Assembly (NCBI RefSeq): GCF_051873075.1
Contig: NZ_JBJEEM010000079.1
Span: 9,213 to 73,212 of the forward strand
Direction: 5' to 3'
Length of the DNA: 64,000 nt
Origin: Limosilactobacillus sp.
Lineage (GTDB): Bacteria; Bacillota; Bacilli; Lactobacillales; Lactobacillaceae
The first letter of the stretch is position 1, and the number at the start of each line of letters is the position of its first letter. Position numbers and translations under genes: made by a program. Below the pieces are notes generated by a model. It made no database searches. It had not been told where the DNA came from and saw nothing but the letters and a program-made list of their open reading frames with translations. Positions 62,476 to 64,000 of the stretch are shown here, piece after piece.

Positions 62476-62569
62476 TCATATTCCACCTCTTTCCTTATAA
62501 CAATAATTTGGCTTGTAAGTTGGATAAAAGTCGCTTTAAAAGAACTAGTTAGCCCAAGTTACGTCTAGT

Positions 62570-62598
62570 AATATATCATTATTTAAGGGAAAATTCAA
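62570..62598 (-). promoter_or_regulatory. Promoter-like element of the atp operon
   Basis: Minus strand TTGAAT-17 nt-TATATT, about 90 nt upstream of atpB. Confidence 0.55.
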
Positions 62599-62714
62599 AA
62601 AAATATTAAATCTCGCTAAGGGCTTTCAAGGCCGTTATCCCGAGTTTCATCGGTTTTTTCCCCACAAACGACAATTCCTACAAATTGTCGATTAGAAAAT
62701 GCTAAGAATTAATG

Positions 62715-63986
62715 CTACCGCTCACTCAATGCTTTTTGCGGAAGGATCAGGTTCAAAATGATCCCCAAAACCGCCGCCACGGCCAGACCGGAGAATTGGT
62801 ACTTGCCCAGCTGGAGGTAGGCGTTTCCGATCCCGATCACCAGAATGACCGAGGAAATCATCAGGTTGCGCTTAGCGTTAAAGTCGATCTGATTTTCGAT
62901 CATTACCCGGAGACCGCTTGAGGCAATTACCCCGAATAAGAGGAAGGAAATTCCCCCGATTACCGGTGACGGAATCGTTTCGATCAGGGCACTCAGTTTA
63001 CCAACAAAGCTGAAGAAGACCGCGAAAAGTGCCGCCCCCGCAATCACGTAGACGGAGTGCACCCGGGTGATCGCCAGGACACCGATGTTTTCACCGTAAC
63101 TGGTTACTGGGGGCCCACCGACGAAGCCGGCAATAATGGAGGCCGTCCCGTCACCGGCCAGGGTATGGTTTAGTCCCGGATCCTTAAAGTAATTACGCTC
63201 CGTCAGTTCGTTCAGCACCATGATGTGACCCAGGTGTTCGGTCATCGTGACGAAGGCGATCGGCGCCATGCTGAGGATGGCACCCCAGTATAGTTGTGGA
63301 TGGTAGGTGACAAACGGTACCTGGAAGTCCGGCAGGCTGAACCAATGGGCCCGCATGACCGGGCTAAAGTCCACGATGCCAAATAGGCAGGCGATCAGAT
63401 AGCCGAAGACGATCCCCATCAAAATCGGGATCAGACCCAAGAAGCCCTTGAAGTACATGTTAAAGGCGATCGTGAGCAGCATTGTCAGCATCGCCACCGC
63501 AAAGAACTTCAAGTCGTAGTGTCCGGTAGCCGAGTTGATGGTGGCATCTTTGGCCGCCGTCCCAGCCAAAGAAAGGCCAATCACCACTACGATCGGCCCG
63601 ACCACAATTGGCGGCAGCACCTTATCGATCCATTCTGAGCCGATCTGACTGACGATCAGTGCCACAATTAAGTAAACACAGCCGACCGCAATCGTCCCCT
63701 GAGCGATTCCCGGGTAGCCGGTCGACTTCATCAACGCCATCATCGGGACAACAAACGAAAAGCTCGATCCCATGTAGGCTGGGATCTTGTGCTTCGTGAT
63801 CAATAAGTAGATCAGGGTCCCAACCCCCGAGCTAAACAATGCGATGCCGGGATTCAAACCGACCAGGATCGGTACCAGGACGGTTGAGCCAAACATCGAA
63901 AACATGTGTTGTAAAGAAAGGCCGACCCACTGACCAGGGCGTGGCTTTTCATCAACATCCAGCACAACATCTTGACGGTGTGCCAT
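62715..63986 (-). CDS. pyrP: Uracil/xanthine permease (NCS2 family, PyrP/UraA-like)
   Basis: 423 aa with about 12-14 TM segments, MTEHLGHIMV and GENIGVLAITRV. Its own leader lies outside the window. Confidence 0.88.
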   Translation of the reverse strand: MAHRQDVVLDVDEKPRPGQWVGLSLQHMFSMFGSTVLVPILVGLNPGIALFSSGVGTLIYLLITKHKIPAYMGSSFSFVVPMMALMKSTGYPGIAQGTIAVGCVYLIVALIVSQIGSEWIDKVLPPIVVGPIVVVIGLSLAGTAAKDATINSATGHYDLKFFAVAMLTMLLTIAFNMYFKGFLGLIPILMGIVFGYLIACLFGIVDFSPVMRAHWFSLPDFQVPFVTYHPQLYWGAILSMAPIAFVTMTEHLGHIMVLNELTERNYFKDPGLNHTLAGDGTASIIAGFVGGPPVTSYGENIGVLAITRVHSVYVIAGAALFAVFFSFVGKLSALIETIPSPVIGGISFLLFGVIASSGLRVMIENQIDFNAKRNLMISSVILVIGIGNAYLQLGKYQFSGLAVAAVLGIILNLILPQKALSER

Positions 63987-64000
63987 CGTATCCCTCCTAA

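Overview
All calls were made by eye from the ORF track and the raw sequence; no database search or folding was run. This looks like a core chromosomal segment of a Lactobacillaceae genome. Gene order and roughly 50% GC suggest a heterofermentative Limosilactobacillus-type organism, but that is inference only.

I call 60 protein genes, 53 on the minus strand, in long housekeeping blocks:
- mutS2 (cut by the left edge)-cvpA-DUF1292-ruvX-ireB-alaS
- cshB-nrnA-gnd
- mutS-mutL-ruvA-ruvB-tgt-like-yajC
- rny and cinA-recA
- ymfF-ymfH-rodZ-pgsA
- a T-box-controlled amino-acid ABC transporter
- radC-mreB-mreC-mreD
- valS-folC
- iscS-thiI and ezrA
- rpsD, yaaA, a membrane protein, yueI-rarA, and a small-membrane-protein/usp pair
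- an orphan HTH-TPR regulator
- ddl and rodA-gcvH-like
- murAA-mbl-yidD
- a GNAT acetyltransferase
- atpBEFHAGDC
- a uracil permease

No rRNA, tRNA, CRISPR array, IS element or prophage signature was seen.

RNA and regulatory features I can support from sequence:
- three T-box leaders (alaS, valS, ABC transporter)
- an extra truncated T-box-like attenuator
- a LexA (Cheo) box in front of recA
- several TGnTATAAT promoters and intrinsic terminators
- a roughly 230-nt promoter-to-terminator non-coding unit between rarA and the hypothetical/usp pair

Nothing here looks like a clear-cut new multi-gene system. The items most worth a second look are:
- an intact Tgt homologue with replaced active-site segments and no queA beside it
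- the partial tandem T-box
- the structured RNA upstream of usp
- the orphan RRNPP/Rgg-like regulator in an AT-rich pocket
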